Assembly (NCBI GenBank): GCA_964439105.1
Contig: CAYTNG010000008.1
Location: forward strand, 73,481 to 137,480
Direction of reading: 5' to 3'
Source of the DNA: an uncultured Saprospiraceae bacterium
GTDB lineage: Bacteria > Bacteroidota > Bacteroidia > Chitinophagales > Saprospiraceae
Length of the DNA stretch: 64,000 nt
The position numbers and the translations under genes were made by a program. The notes under the pieces are model-generated. The model saw nothing but the letters and a program-made list of their open reading frames with translations. It had not been told where the DNA came from and made no database searches. Of the stretch, positions 9,747 to 19,020 are shown piece by piece (within the stretch, counting starts at the first letter, position 1; each line of letters begins with the position of its first letter).

Positions 9747-9767
9747 AAACAAACGAACGTTTGTTAG
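9747..9767 (+). repeat. copy 2 of 21-nt motif (aaacaaacgaacgtttgttag); contains 8-nt inverted repeat AACAAACG/CGTTTGTT
   Basis: Read directly. It lies 9 nt after the rhomboid stop codon, in a convergent spacer. Confidence 0.5.
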
Positions 9768-9951
9768 ATAAAGTTAATTTTCAAAAAAACACAGTTGTTA
9801 GGTTTTTTGCCCAGGTTGTCTGTTCATTTGCACAGCTTTAAAGGAAATTTGCTAAGAAGGACCCGACAAGATACCTGGATTTTCTTCCGGTAACAGATCA
9901 GAGATATGACCATTTGTACCCTTTTTTATTTCTTTTTGATATACCTATGTG

Positions 9952-11319
9952 TTAAGAAGGATGCTGTTTTCTGTTGAGGTCTTTTGACTCTGATTTTTCG
10001 ATAATAGCGGATGCAAGCGAAAGTAAGATTGAAAATGGTAAAAGCCATATCATTTTACTGCCAAGCCGGTCTATGGCGTTAGCAAAGGTTCCGCAAACCC
10101 AGGCATTTAAAAGTATGCTGATTAAAAACCAGAAATGTGCAACTTTTGAAAATGGACTTGTTAAATTTTTAACTGGTGTCAGCAAAAGAAAGGCGGAGCA
10201 GGCTAAAGCGTGCAGAAGTACAATGCGCAACAAGGTATTCCAGGAGGCTACAAAGAGCATTCCTTCGTTATTTTGTAAACTGGATTCATATTCCTTCTGC
10301 TCATGCGGAAAATAACGCACAACCCGTTCGTAGAGCACTGTACCATTTGGATACGCTTTATTGCCATCCCCAATTTTAAAGAGCCCTAACTGTTCAATGC
10401 AGGCTTCAAGAGATTTTTTAATATGCATACCTATGAATGCGGGTTCCGATAGACTACCATAAATGATCTCGTTGTATTCTTTTTTTGAATCTTTCCAGGC
10501 ACCCGTCTTATAGAAAGGACTACCGGGCTCCCAGATAAATTGCCAGGCTTTTTCAGGCAGGGAATCTTTGTAGAAGCATAAGCGGTAATTGGATGTCGCA
10601 CAATGTTCATCCAGGTATTTTTTAAGGATTCCATGCTCTACCATTGCTCCCATAAAAAAAACATGCCTTGACTTGGCAAGTGCGGATCCCATCGTAACAA
10701 TACTCGCGAGTGTGAGAATCAGGATTAGAATTATAGTAATGTTTCGGATGTGAATTTCAGGTCCGAATATTTTCAATTTAGAACTGCATAAACTAAAACC
10801 AAGAAGGCAGAGAAGGAATACAATGTGCGACATGTGCATGGAACAGGACAGCGTAAACAGCAGGTATAAAAAGTTGCGTTCCTTGTCAGGAATTTTCGCG
10901 AAAAGCAATAAAAATAAGCTCATACACATTATTGCTGTAAATATGTCCGGCATGATCTGGCATACGGTCCAGGAAAGACTGGAACATGCGGAAAGTGTGA
11001 CAACAAAGATCAAAGCCAGCCAGATGGACTTTTCATAAGCACGAAGACTAAATTGCGTGATTCTGAGGATCAGATACGAAATCAGAATGCACTGGCAGGC
11101 AATGACAAGCCAAAGGGAAATGCCATTTAAACTTGCAATGCGCACGAAGAGCCCATAACTTATGGGCCGGTCAAATGGTGTTTCCAATTCGAATCCCGAT
11201 GCGAGGTAGGTTGATGTATCCGAATAAACCAACGGGTAGCCATTGATCCATGCGGGAAGCATTAAAATCAAGCTACACGCAATAAAGTACAACACGAGTA
11301 TGGGGATCTGATACTTCAT
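9952..11319 (-). CDS. polytopic membrane protein of unknown function
   Basis: 455-aa ORF with many hydrophobic segments and a soluble-looking insert (residues about 230-340). I recognise no motif. Confidence 0.5.
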   Translation of the reverse strand: MKYQIPILVLYFIACSLILMLPAWINGYPLVYSDTSTYLASGFELETPFDRPISYGLFVRIASLNGISLWLVIACQCILISYLILRITQFSLRAYEKSIWLALIFVVTLSACSSLSWTVCQIMPDIFTAIMCMSLFLLLFAKIPDKERNFLYLLFTLSCSMHMSHIVFLLCLLGFSLCSSKLKIFGPEIHIRNITIILILILTLASIVTMGSALAKSRHVFFMGAMVEHGILKKYLDEHCATSNYRLCFYKDSLPEKAWQFIWEPGSPFYKTGAWKDSKKEYNEIIYGSLSEPAFIGMHIKKSLEACIEQLGLFKIGDGNKAYPNGTVLYERVVRYFPHEQKEYESSLQNNEGMLFVASWNTLLRIVLLHALACSAFLLLTPVKNLTSPFSKVAHFWFLISILLNAWVCGTFANAIDRLGSKMIWLLPFSILLSLASAIIEKSESKDLNRKQHPS

Positions 11320-11602
11320 TGTAGATTTGATCGGCTCTTACTGGAATGAATTATCTCCAAAAGTTTAACGAATATAAGTCAATTGCTTTTTGCCGGGATG
11401 CATGGAATTTATAATTTTCTGTATGTAGCTTTCAGAAATTTTGTGTGACCAATGGAATGTCACTAGAGGCAGTACGGAGATTTCTGAACCTTCAATTCCA
11501 TTTAGCTGTAAAGAATTTGGTGCAGTCAGCCTTCTCCGGGTACTTAATTTGATTATTTAAAAATACCTTCTTAAATGCCAAAGCATGATGAGTCCTGAAA
11601 AT

Positions 11603-12832
11603 TCAGACTTTATTTTTTATCATTTGTAGGGTAAGCCATCCAAGAAAAATCATGACAAGTGCCATTATCAGCCAGAGCCATATTTTATTTTTTATGAATG
11701 GCCCTGAAATTTCATCCGGACTTTTTCCTACTGTTTGTTCATCTCCAAGCTTAAGCGGTTTTAATTCATTTGGAATTTTGTCCTTAAAGCGGTCAATATC
11801 ATAAAAGGGGGACTTGGCTTCTCTATTCCCATAATACAAATAGGAGCTCATCGGTTTGGTAAAACGTGCAATCAATTCATGTTCATATCCTTTTATCAGA
11901 ATGCTGTCAAACTGAAGAGGCTGGTTGTCCTGGTTATCAATAAGCAATTTAATGCGCTGCATTTTCGTACTCGTGAATTTAAAATTGGGCGATTCAAAGG
12001 AATTGAGTGTGTCTTCCAAAAGTGCATTGAAATTGCTTATCCATCCGTGTTCCGTTTGTATGCTGTCACTCAGATACATTATGGAAATAGGTCTGAAATA
12101 ATCAAAAGTGTCACGGACTTTTATGCCAATAAACGAAACAGGTACTGCATAATGAAGATCCACTATGATTTCAGATCTTCTGTTTTTTTTATCGAGAGTC
12201 TTTTGGATCCACTTTATGGGATATGTTTTATACCTTCCCGGATCAGACACGGATTGAATGATGCGTGCAGTTTTCAGAATGGGTTCTGTCTTAGTTGAAA
12301 GTAGAACTCTGAAATACCTGTATTGTGCGCTTGGGAAGTTGAGTTTTGTAAAATGAAAGGAAGTTTGTTCATTTTTAATGGATGTAATCCTGTAATTCTT
12401 TAATACGCGAAACCAGGATTTTTGGTCCTGACTTCCATCAAGGCTTGCAAGCCAGTCAAAATTGTCTTGAGCAAATTCGAGAAATAACTGATTGATGGGT
12501 TGCGTATCCTTTATTTCAAAAGTAAAGTAATAGCCGTATTTGTCGGATGAATGGTTGAGTATGTTGAGATTCTTTTCATTTTGTATGAGGCGTTCTTCAT
12601 AGATTTTTAGAAAATAGGGAATCTCAAGCGTATCTTGATTTTCATCAAATCCAAAAATGCGCAAATCATTGCATGAATTTTGAATTTTTTCAAATATCTC
12701 GTCTGGTAAACTGATCCGGTGCCATGATTCCTGGATCCCCGTAATTTCCCTCCGATAGGTATAAGGTTCAATTTGTGCCTGCGTGAAGCCTGCATAAAGT
12801 CCGCACAGAAGGAATAATAATCTAGTTTTCAT
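11603..12832 (-). CDS. DUF3999-like secreted protein with C-terminal TM anchor
   Basis: The start was moved to the internal ATG giving signal peptide MKTRLLFLLCGLYAGFTQAQ. There is one C-terminal TM helix (IWLWLIMALVMIFLGWLTL). It overlaps the upstream DUF2339-like gene by 11 nt. The family call is from the remembered architecture and partnership. Confidence 0.5.
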   Translation of the reverse strand: MKTRLLFLLCGLYAGFTQAQIEPYTYRREITGIQESWHRISLPDEIFEKIQNSCNDLRIFGFDENQDTLEIPYFLKIYEERLIQNEKNLNILNHSSDKYGYYFTFEIKDTQPINQLFLEFAQDNFDWLASLDGSQDQKSWFRVLKNYRITSIKNEQTSFHFTKLNFPSAQYRYFRVLLSTKTEPILKTARIIQSVSDPGRYKTYPIKWIQKTLDKKNRRSEIIVDLHYAVPVSFIGIKVRDTFDYFRPISIMYLSDSIQTEHGWISNFNALLEDTLNSFESPNFKFTSTKMQRIKLLIDNQDNQPLQFDSILIKGYEHELIARFTKPMSSYLYYGNREAKSPFYDIDRFKDKIPNELKPLKLGDEQTVGKSPDEISGPFIKNKIWLWLIMALVMIFLGWLTLQMIKNKV

Positions 12833-15182
12833 TGTCGTCTGTAATAATGTTCTTGTATTTGTTGTACAAAAAGGAAATGAGGAGTAACAGCAATCCAAGC
12901 GAAACGAAAACTATCGTTTTTGCAATTGTATCAAGATCTGACAGGTCGTAGAAAAATAACTTAATGAGGGTAATGCTGAACAGGACAATTGCAGCAACTC
13001 GCAATTGTTTTTTATGTTTCCAGATTCCCAGGGCAATAAGTAATAATGAGTAAACTCCCCACAGGATACTAAGACCGAGTTTGTCTGATTGCGAAGAGTG
13101 GGCGAGTTCCATGATATGGATCAGCTCGTAACTGGAGATGCAGAGAAGAGTACCGTACAGGAAGAGTTCAAAATGATTCTTGTATTTTGATTCCATGAAG
13201 TCCTGTTTGAAGTACCTGTCGCAGATGTATAGATTAAACGCTGCAAAGGCATAACACACATACCGGAAGGTAATATGATTCCATCCCCTTTCATAATACT
13301 GCGCAAGGTCCTGCTTCAGGTAGCTTTCCCTGAGAGCACTGAGTTCGGGCAATCCCATGCCAAGGAAAAAAAGTATAAAAAGACAATTAAAAAGGAGATT
13401 CGGCTTGCCAAGTCTAGCATTTTTTAAATACTTTATATTTAGCAATCCCAGCACGGCTCCGAAAAGCAAGGAATAATTAAGGAGCCATGTTGTTTTGAAA
13501 AGCAAGAGGTCATAGTTGTAAAAAGAACTGGGCGAATCAGCTCCTTCCGGATTCACAGTGAGATAAGAATCGGTAAATAATTGGCTCCAGTAGCAATTGA
13601 GTTCTAATCGAAATACCAAGTAGAGGCTGATAAAAAACACGGATGGAATACATATGGAGATCAGTTTGGTCAGCCACTTAAAGAAATATTGAGCCGGATT
13701 TTGATGATGAGTTTGCTGGATGTAAACTATAAAACCGTAAGCGAGTATACAAAGTACTGAATTTGCGAACTGTATGTTCAAAAGGGGAGTGACCCTGGTT
13801 TCAGGGGATTCCGGATTGTAATAAAAGTAGAAGTATTGCCAATCTTCCATCAGGCTAAAGAAACTCAGCAACAGAATGGGAAAGGAAAGTCTTTCATAAA
13901 TTGGAACCTCTTTTGTTCTGCCGATCCAGAATAACAGAGCTGCTTCTCCCGCCCAAATTAAGCTAACCCAACCACCCTCAAGTTGAACCGGTATGGCAAT
14001 AGTTATGAATATCAGAACCAGGCCGGATACCAGATAAAACAGCTTTTTATCAGAAAGATTCTGGCGATACACGAGATAACTCACTATAAAATGAATCAGT
14101 GCGTTGGCAAGTGTAAACAGACCTAACAGCTGTTCGCCATTTGGAATGGAATGGATGATATCGTATCCGAATCCATAAAAAAGAAAAGCATTGGTTAAAA
14201 GGACAAGAGCGTCGGCAGTATTGTATTTTTCTTTTTGAAGGAGCTTGTAGGAGAGAAAACTAAGATAGAAAATTGAAAAGAAAACAACAAGAAACAGCAG
14301 GGCACTGCTAAAATGCCTGATCGGGTCGTAGCTGGTGGTGTACCAACTACCGTAGATAAGCCAGCTGAGTCCGGCTGCGGAATAGAATAAGGTCTTCCAA
14401 TATTTTTTAAATGCGATGACCAGAATTCCGCCATTGATAATAGTCATGTAACTGAAAAGTATAAATACATTACCTGATTCATCGCTCAGCAGGAAGGGGA
14501 CAGCATACGCGCCTACCAGACCTGTAAGTGCAATGACTTCCTTATTATAGGAAAGAGCTGCAACTACCGTAAATACAGTAAACAAAAACATGAATATAAA
14601 CGCCAGGTATTGAGGGAACAAAGCATAAAAGCTATATCCGGCGTAGGTTATGAAATACAAAATAGCCATAGATCCACCAACCAGGATTGCGCTATAGTTG
14701 GTGTAGCTGTTCTTAAGTTTGATTCCAAGGCCCATCAGGCTAAGTCCGAAAACATACCCAAGGAGAATGCGTGTAAGCGGACTGATGAGCTCGTGCTCAA
14801 TGGAGTATCTGACGCCTATTCCCACACCAATAATGGTGATTGCTATACCGATTTTACTAATTAGGTTTTCTCCAATAAATTTCTCCCAATTCGATTGACC
14901 ATATCGCGTAGCAATATATCTTTTGGTCTCATTTTTTGATTTTATTTCTGGATTGAGCGTTCCGGAGCTGCTTTCTGATTTTTTTCTTGTAAAATAGGAG
15001 TCCTGTGGAATAGATTCAATAGAGGTCGTTTCAATCTCTGATTTGGCCTGTTGCGATTCTCTTGCCATTTTGTTGATTTCGCTTCGCAGGCTGTTGATTT
15101 CTCTGGAGAATTCGTCCTGCTTTTTCAGAAGTGCATCCAGTTTGTCGAAAAGTTCGTGAATGCGTTGTTGAGAATCTTCCAT
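12822..15182 (-). CDS. DUF2339-like large polytopic membrane protein with N-terminal coiled coil
   Basis: 786 aa. The N-terminal heptad-like segment (IHELFDKLDALLKKQDEFSREINSLRSEINKM) is followed by more than 20 hydrophobic segments. This architecture is typical of DUF2339 as I recall it. Confidence 0.55.
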   Translation of the reverse strand: MEDSQQRIHELFDKLDALLKKQDEFSREINSLRSEINKMARESQQAKSEIETTSIESIPQDSYFTRKKSESSSGTLNPEIKSKNETKRYIATRYGQSNWEKFIGENLISKIGIAITIIGVGIGVRYSIEHELISPLTRILLGYVFGLSLMGLGIKLKNSYTNYSAILVGGSMAILYFITYAGYSFYALFPQYLAFIFMFLFTVFTVVAALSYNKEVIALTGLVGAYAVPFLLSDESGNVFILFSYMTIINGGILVIAFKKYWKTLFYSAAGLSWLIYGSWYTTSYDPIRHFSSALLFLVVFFSIFYLSFLSYKLLQKEKYNTADALVLLTNAFLFYGFGYDIIHSIPNGEQLLGLFTLANALIHFIVSYLVYRQNLSDKKLFYLVSGLVLIFITIAIPVQLEGGWVSLIWAGEAALLFWIGRTKEVPIYERLSFPILLLSFFSLMEDWQYFYFYYNPESPETRVTPLLNIQFANSVLCILAYGFIVYIQQTHHQNPAQYFFKWLTKLISICIPSVFFISLYLVFRLELNCYWSQLFTDSYLTVNPEGADSPSSFYNYDLLLFKTTWLLNYSLLFGAVLGLLNIKYLKNARLGKPNLLFNCLFILFFLGMGLPELSALRESYLKQDLAQYYERGWNHITFRYVCYAFAAFNLYICDRYFKQDFMESKYKNHFELFLYGTLLCISSYELIHIMELAHSSQSDKLGLSILWGVYSLLLIALGIWKHKKQLRVAAIVLFSITLIKLFFYDLSDLDTIAKTIVFVSLGLLLLLISFLYNKYKNIITDDNEN

Positions 15183-15376
15183 TTCAATAGGATTGTAATG
15201 ATGAACGCTGCTTGATTTCGGTTCAGGTTTAAATATAAGGGAATTCCTCTAAAAATGGACGATGGTGGATTTGATTTTGGATAGGAAATACCCTGGAATG
15301 ACGTATGATTTCATTAAATGGGATTCAAATAATTTCTTCATGCCAATCCGCATAGGCCCTGAACTTAAAATTTAGT

Positions 15377-16357
15377 TCAATGAGAAAGCGGTTTTTTCTT
15401 GATCATTCCTCCTTTCGTATCCTTAATACTGTTCATGACGACAAATGCGTTCGGTTCAATTTTTTCGATCTCCGTATTAAGTTTATTGACTTCAAGGCGT
15501 GTAAGTACGGTATAGATTATTTCTGATTCTTTAGTCTCTCCTCGTTTTCCAAAACCACTCTTCCCTTTGTAGACCGTTACTCCGCGGCCCATCTTATTGA
15601 TGATCATCTGCCTGATTTCCTCACTGTGTGATGAAACAATAGTCACGCCAATGTACTCATCAATACCTTCAACCAGGAAGTCCAGAGTTTTGGAAGCAGC
15701 GAGGTAAGTAATCATGGAATACAGGGCTGTTTCAACTCCCAGGAAATATACTGCAGCAGAGAAAATAAGGACATTGATTACTATGATAACATCTCCAATA
15801 GTAAGGCCAAATTTTCTGCTTAAATAAATTGCGAGGACTTCAGTTCCGTCAATTACAGATCCACCTCTTACGGCAAAACCTATGCCTGCACCAAGAAAGA
15901 AACCACCAAAGACGGCAACCAGCAAATTATCGTGGGTGACTGTAGGAAAATGAACCAAAGCAATACATGAAGCAAGCCCAAGGATGGCCATTGCTGTTTT
16001 TACGGCAAACTGAAGGCCAATGGTGTTATACCCAAGATAGACGAAGGGCAGATTGATTAAAATAATGAGAATATAAAGGGGGATATGTGTAAGCTCATAA
16101 ATCAGAAGAGATATCCCGGTTGCTCCTCCGTCTATAAAATCATTGGTTAACAGAAATCCCTTTAGTCCAAAGGAGGCGCAAAAAATTCCAATACTGATAA
16201 GCAAAAAATCTTTTAAGTATCTGTGCAGAGTAATGCCTAACTCCCGGTAGCCTTTCGCAATATCGTAATCTGAAAAAGTGGGAATTTTTTCTTTTCTATT
16301 AAACTTTGGTTTAAGTACAAGTGCAATTATAATTTTTTTGAGAAATACTTTTTTCAT
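15377..16357 (-). CDS. YitT family membrane protein (C-terminal DUF2179 domain)
   Basis: Motifs FIDGGATGISLL and GGSVIDGTEVLA are repeated in the membrane part, followed by a soluble C-terminal domain (GVTVYKGKSGFG...). Confidence 0.75.
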   Translation of the reverse strand: MKKVFLKKIIIALVLKPKFNRKEKIPTFSDYDIAKGYRELGITLHRYLKDFLLISIGIFCASFGLKGFLLTNDFIDGGATGISLLIYELTHIPLYILIILINLPFVYLGYNTIGLQFAVKTAMAILGLASCIALVHFPTVTHDNLLVAVFGGFFLGAGIGFAVRGGSVIDGTEVLAIYLSRKFGLTIGDVIIVINVLIFSAAVYFLGVETALYSMITYLAASKTLDFLVEGIDEYIGVTIVSSHSEEIRQMIINKMGRGVTVYKGKSGFGKRGETKESEIIYTVLTRLEVNKLNTEIEKIEPNAFVVMNSIKDTKGGMIKKKPLSH

Positions 16358-16366
16358 GCAATTGAT

Positions 16367-17470
16367 TTATCCTCCAATAGAAACTCCAATCCACTTGCCA
16401 ATTCCGAAGGTGATCCCCGCTGCAATTAATCCAAAAAGTACCTGCCTCAATCCTGAATACCAAATACTTCTTCCCGTAAACAGGGTAATTGCGGAACCAA
16501 TGAGGAAAAGTCCACAGGCACTGAAAAGTGCACTCCACAAGATGCCTTGCAGTCCACCGGTGAAGAAATAGGGAAAAACCGGAATGATAGCGCCAATTGC
16601 AAATAAGATGAAGGAAGTGACGGCAGCTTCCATTGCAGATCCTTTTAAATCATCCACATTGATTCCAAGCTCTTCCTTAACAAGTACTTCATGCGCATGT
16701 GTTTTGTCCGCCATGATCTCCACGGCCATCTTTTTTGCCTGCTCTTCGGGTATTCCTTTTGAAATATAAATTAAAGTCAACTCCTGTATTTCTCCCGAAG
16801 GATTTGTTTCAAGCTCTTCCATTTCGAGCTGCATCTGATTTTCAAAAAGTTCCTGTGAACTTTTCACGGAGATCCATTCACCCAAAGCCATGGAGAGTGC
16901 TCCTGCAAGTAAACCTGCAAGACCGGTGAGCAATACTTCACTTTGGCCACTTGTAGCTCCTGCGATTCCCATGACCAGGCTGAAGTTGGATACCAGCCCA
17001 TCGTTTCCACCGAGAACAGCTGCCCGCAATGCGTTTCCGCCAACAGAGCGATGCCTTTTTTCAAATCGCGCAAGGTTGGAACCCGAAATTTTCGTATTTC
17101 CACTAAGGATGTTCTTCAGGATGCTGACATGCGAGGTATCCGAAATGACGGCTTCCGTATTTGATTTTTTTCTTGCGGTCAGCAGCGCAGATGAAATGCT
17201 TTTTTCGGTATCGAGCAAAACACCAAGCACGTAATCCGGTCCAAATATTTTTCCGATGAAGCTCAGAATTTTGGCTCTATTGGAAGGCGGTGGGAATTGG
17301 CTCCCGTCCATACCGCTTTTATGCATAAAGGCGGATGCATGAGTTTTTTCGATTTCACTCATCTTTCGGAAAATTTGCTCCACTTGAGGATCCTTTTCAT
17401 GATCTGCCAGAAATTGATATAAATAAGAGGCATCCACTTCCGTTTGAATATTCTTTAATTCAGTTTTCAT
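16367..17470 (-). CDS. ferritin-like (erythrin) domain fused to VIT1/CCC1 transporter, MbfA-like iron exporter
   Basis: An N-terminal helical domain with ExxH (SEIEKTHASAF) is followed by the VIT1 signature GGNDGLVSNFSLVMGIAGA and C-terminal TM helices. Confidence 0.75.
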   Translation of the reverse strand: MKTELKNIQTEVDASYLYQFLADHEKDPQVEQIFRKMSEIEKTHASAFMHKSGMDGSQFPPPSNRAKILSFIGKIFGPDYVLGVLLDTEKSISSALLTARKKSNTEAVISDTSHVSILKNILSGNTKISGSNLARFEKRHRSVGGNALRAAVLGGNDGLVSNFSLVMGIAGATSGQSEVLLTGLAGLLAGALSMALGEWISVKSSQELFENQMQLEMEELETNPSGEIQELTLIYISKGIPEEQAKKMAVEIMADKTHAHEVLVKEELGINVDDLKGSAMEAAVTSFILFAIGAIIPVFPYFFTGGLQGILWSALFSACGLFLIGSAITLFTGRSIWYSGLRQVLFGLIAAGITFGIGKWIGVSIGG

Positions 17471-17694
17471 CTTACTATCGGTTTATTTATTGATTACCTG
17501 CAAAATAATTAATAAAAGTCAAATCCCTATTCTAAAATTGTAAGGTATTTTAAGTTATGGATGATGATGTTTGTGGATTTGAATTTTAGAGATTTCAAGG
17601 AATCGATGAACCGGAAGTCAATTCGGGAAGATAGATTTCGTTATCGTCCAAATCTAAAAAAGAGAATCATTTGTAGAACTGCCGCTGATAGGCT

Positions 17695-18963
17695 TTAATC
17701 ATTGTTCTTCATCCAAACCCAGCAGATCAGTGTAAAAAATACGTAAAGACTACAGCCGGTTTGTGTACCAAGAGTGTATTCAACGAGGAAGGAGCTTACC
17801 AAAATGCTCTGGATAGCCAGCACAAGAGGATTCAAAATCCATTTTTTCTGCAGAAGGCTATGGTAGATCACAGAGAGGAGTGAAAGCAATCCAGGAAGGC
17901 CCATAAAGGCCCATTGAAATATAAATTGGTTATGGGGCAGTTTATATACGGAAGTATTCAGGCATTCCTGATATACGTTTTCCGTTTCCCGGTATAAATC
18001 TCCGATTCCGGTACCCATCAGGGGTTCATGCCGTATCATCTCAAAGCCCATTTTCCACGATACCCAACGTTCAATATCCGAATAATACAACCACTTTCCC
18101 CTGCCGATTTCACCAATTTGCCATAAGGTATAAGATAATTTATTTTTTAATCCCGGGACAAAGTAGATAGAAAGGAGCAAGATGCTAACAAGTGTAAGTG
18201 TTGAAATAACAATTGGGACATACATCCTCTTTTTTGCAAAATAGACCAGCAGATATAGCCCAAGACCGAGGTACATTCCAAATAAGCCGGTTTTGGTACT
18301 TAATACGTGATTAAAGCCAAAGAAAAACAGGAACAAGGAAATGTAAGGCCATCTGAACTTTGACTTCTTCTCCGATGAAGAGAAGACGCCAGAGCAATGA
18401 AAACAGAGAATCGCTGCCAATCCGATGATCATGCTGAAGCGGATATGCGAAATGTGAATTACAAATGGGGTTCCTTTCAGTAAATTGAGCTGATATTGTT
18501 CGAAGTGTTTCAGGTAATCTGAGCCGACCCAAAGCGAAGTAAGCAGACAAGACAAAAGAAAGCATTGCAAAGCAATAGTCCATTGTATTTGAGTCAAACT
18601 TCCATAGCGGTAAAATACAAGGGGAAGAAGCAGGAAAGGCAATTGCATTTGGTTATACCAGACAAAGTACTTCATATTTTCGGTCCAGAAGCCGCTCAAA
18701 AGTCCTGCAAAAAACAGGGCAATCATGGATACCAGTAAAGGCTGGTGAAGAACCCCATCCAAGTGGCTGCGCCATTTGGAATTCCAACCAATCTGGTTTT
18801 CTTCGGGTTTGTATTCTACCAGCAAAAGAAGGCTGAGCAAGATCACACTATTGGAAAGGAGATATACAGACCAGGGCAGTCCTGCGGCAGCTACGCAAAG
18901 CGCAAACAAGAAAAAGTAGCTCAAATAAGCATCCCTGCGCATATCAGTGAATCTATTTAGCAT
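17695..18963 (-). CDS. O-antigen ligase (Wzy_C) family membrane protein
   Basis: About 10-12 TM segments, with a periplasmic-loop region ending in the KLPHNQFIFQWAFMGLPG motif typical of the Wzy_C/O-antigen ligase family. Confidence 0.6.
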   Translation of the reverse strand: MLNRFTDMRRDAYLSYFFLFALCVAAAGLPWSVYLLSNSVILLSLLLLVEYKPEENQIGWNSKWRSHLDGVLHQPLLVSMIALFFAGLLSGFWTENMKYFVWYNQMQLPFLLLPLVFYRYGSLTQIQWTIALQCFLLSCLLTSLWVGSDYLKHFEQYQLNLLKGTPFVIHISHIRFSMIIGLAAILCFHCSGVFSSSEKKSKFRWPYISLFLFFFGFNHVLSTKTGLFGMYLGLGLYLLVYFAKKRMYVPIVISTLTLVSILLLSIYFVPGLKNKLSYTLWQIGEIGRGKWLYYSDIERWVSWKMGFEMIRHEPLMGTGIGDLYRETENVYQECLNTSVYKLPHNQFIFQWAFMGLPGLLSLLSVIYHSLLQKKWILNPLVLAIQSILVSSFLVEYTLGTQTGCSLYVFFTLICWVWMKNND

Positions 18964-19000
18964 ATTCTCGGAGCTAGAACTATTTCAGACATTTGAAGTT

Positions 19001-19008
19001 TAACTTTG
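19001..19008 (+). promoter_or_regulatory. -7 box TAACTTTG upstream of pheS
   Basis: Exact TAnnTTTG match, 13 nt before ATG 19021 (19 nt before ATG 19027). This implies a very short leader. Confidence 0.35.
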
Positions 19009-19020
19009 CAGCTTAAAGGT

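Noticed and set aside
9748-9765. AACAAACG-aa-CGTTTGTT as the rhomboid gene terminator
   Set aside because: The stem is AU-rich, the loop is at most 4 nt, and no T-run follows. The symmetry is also not preserved in the other motif copies.
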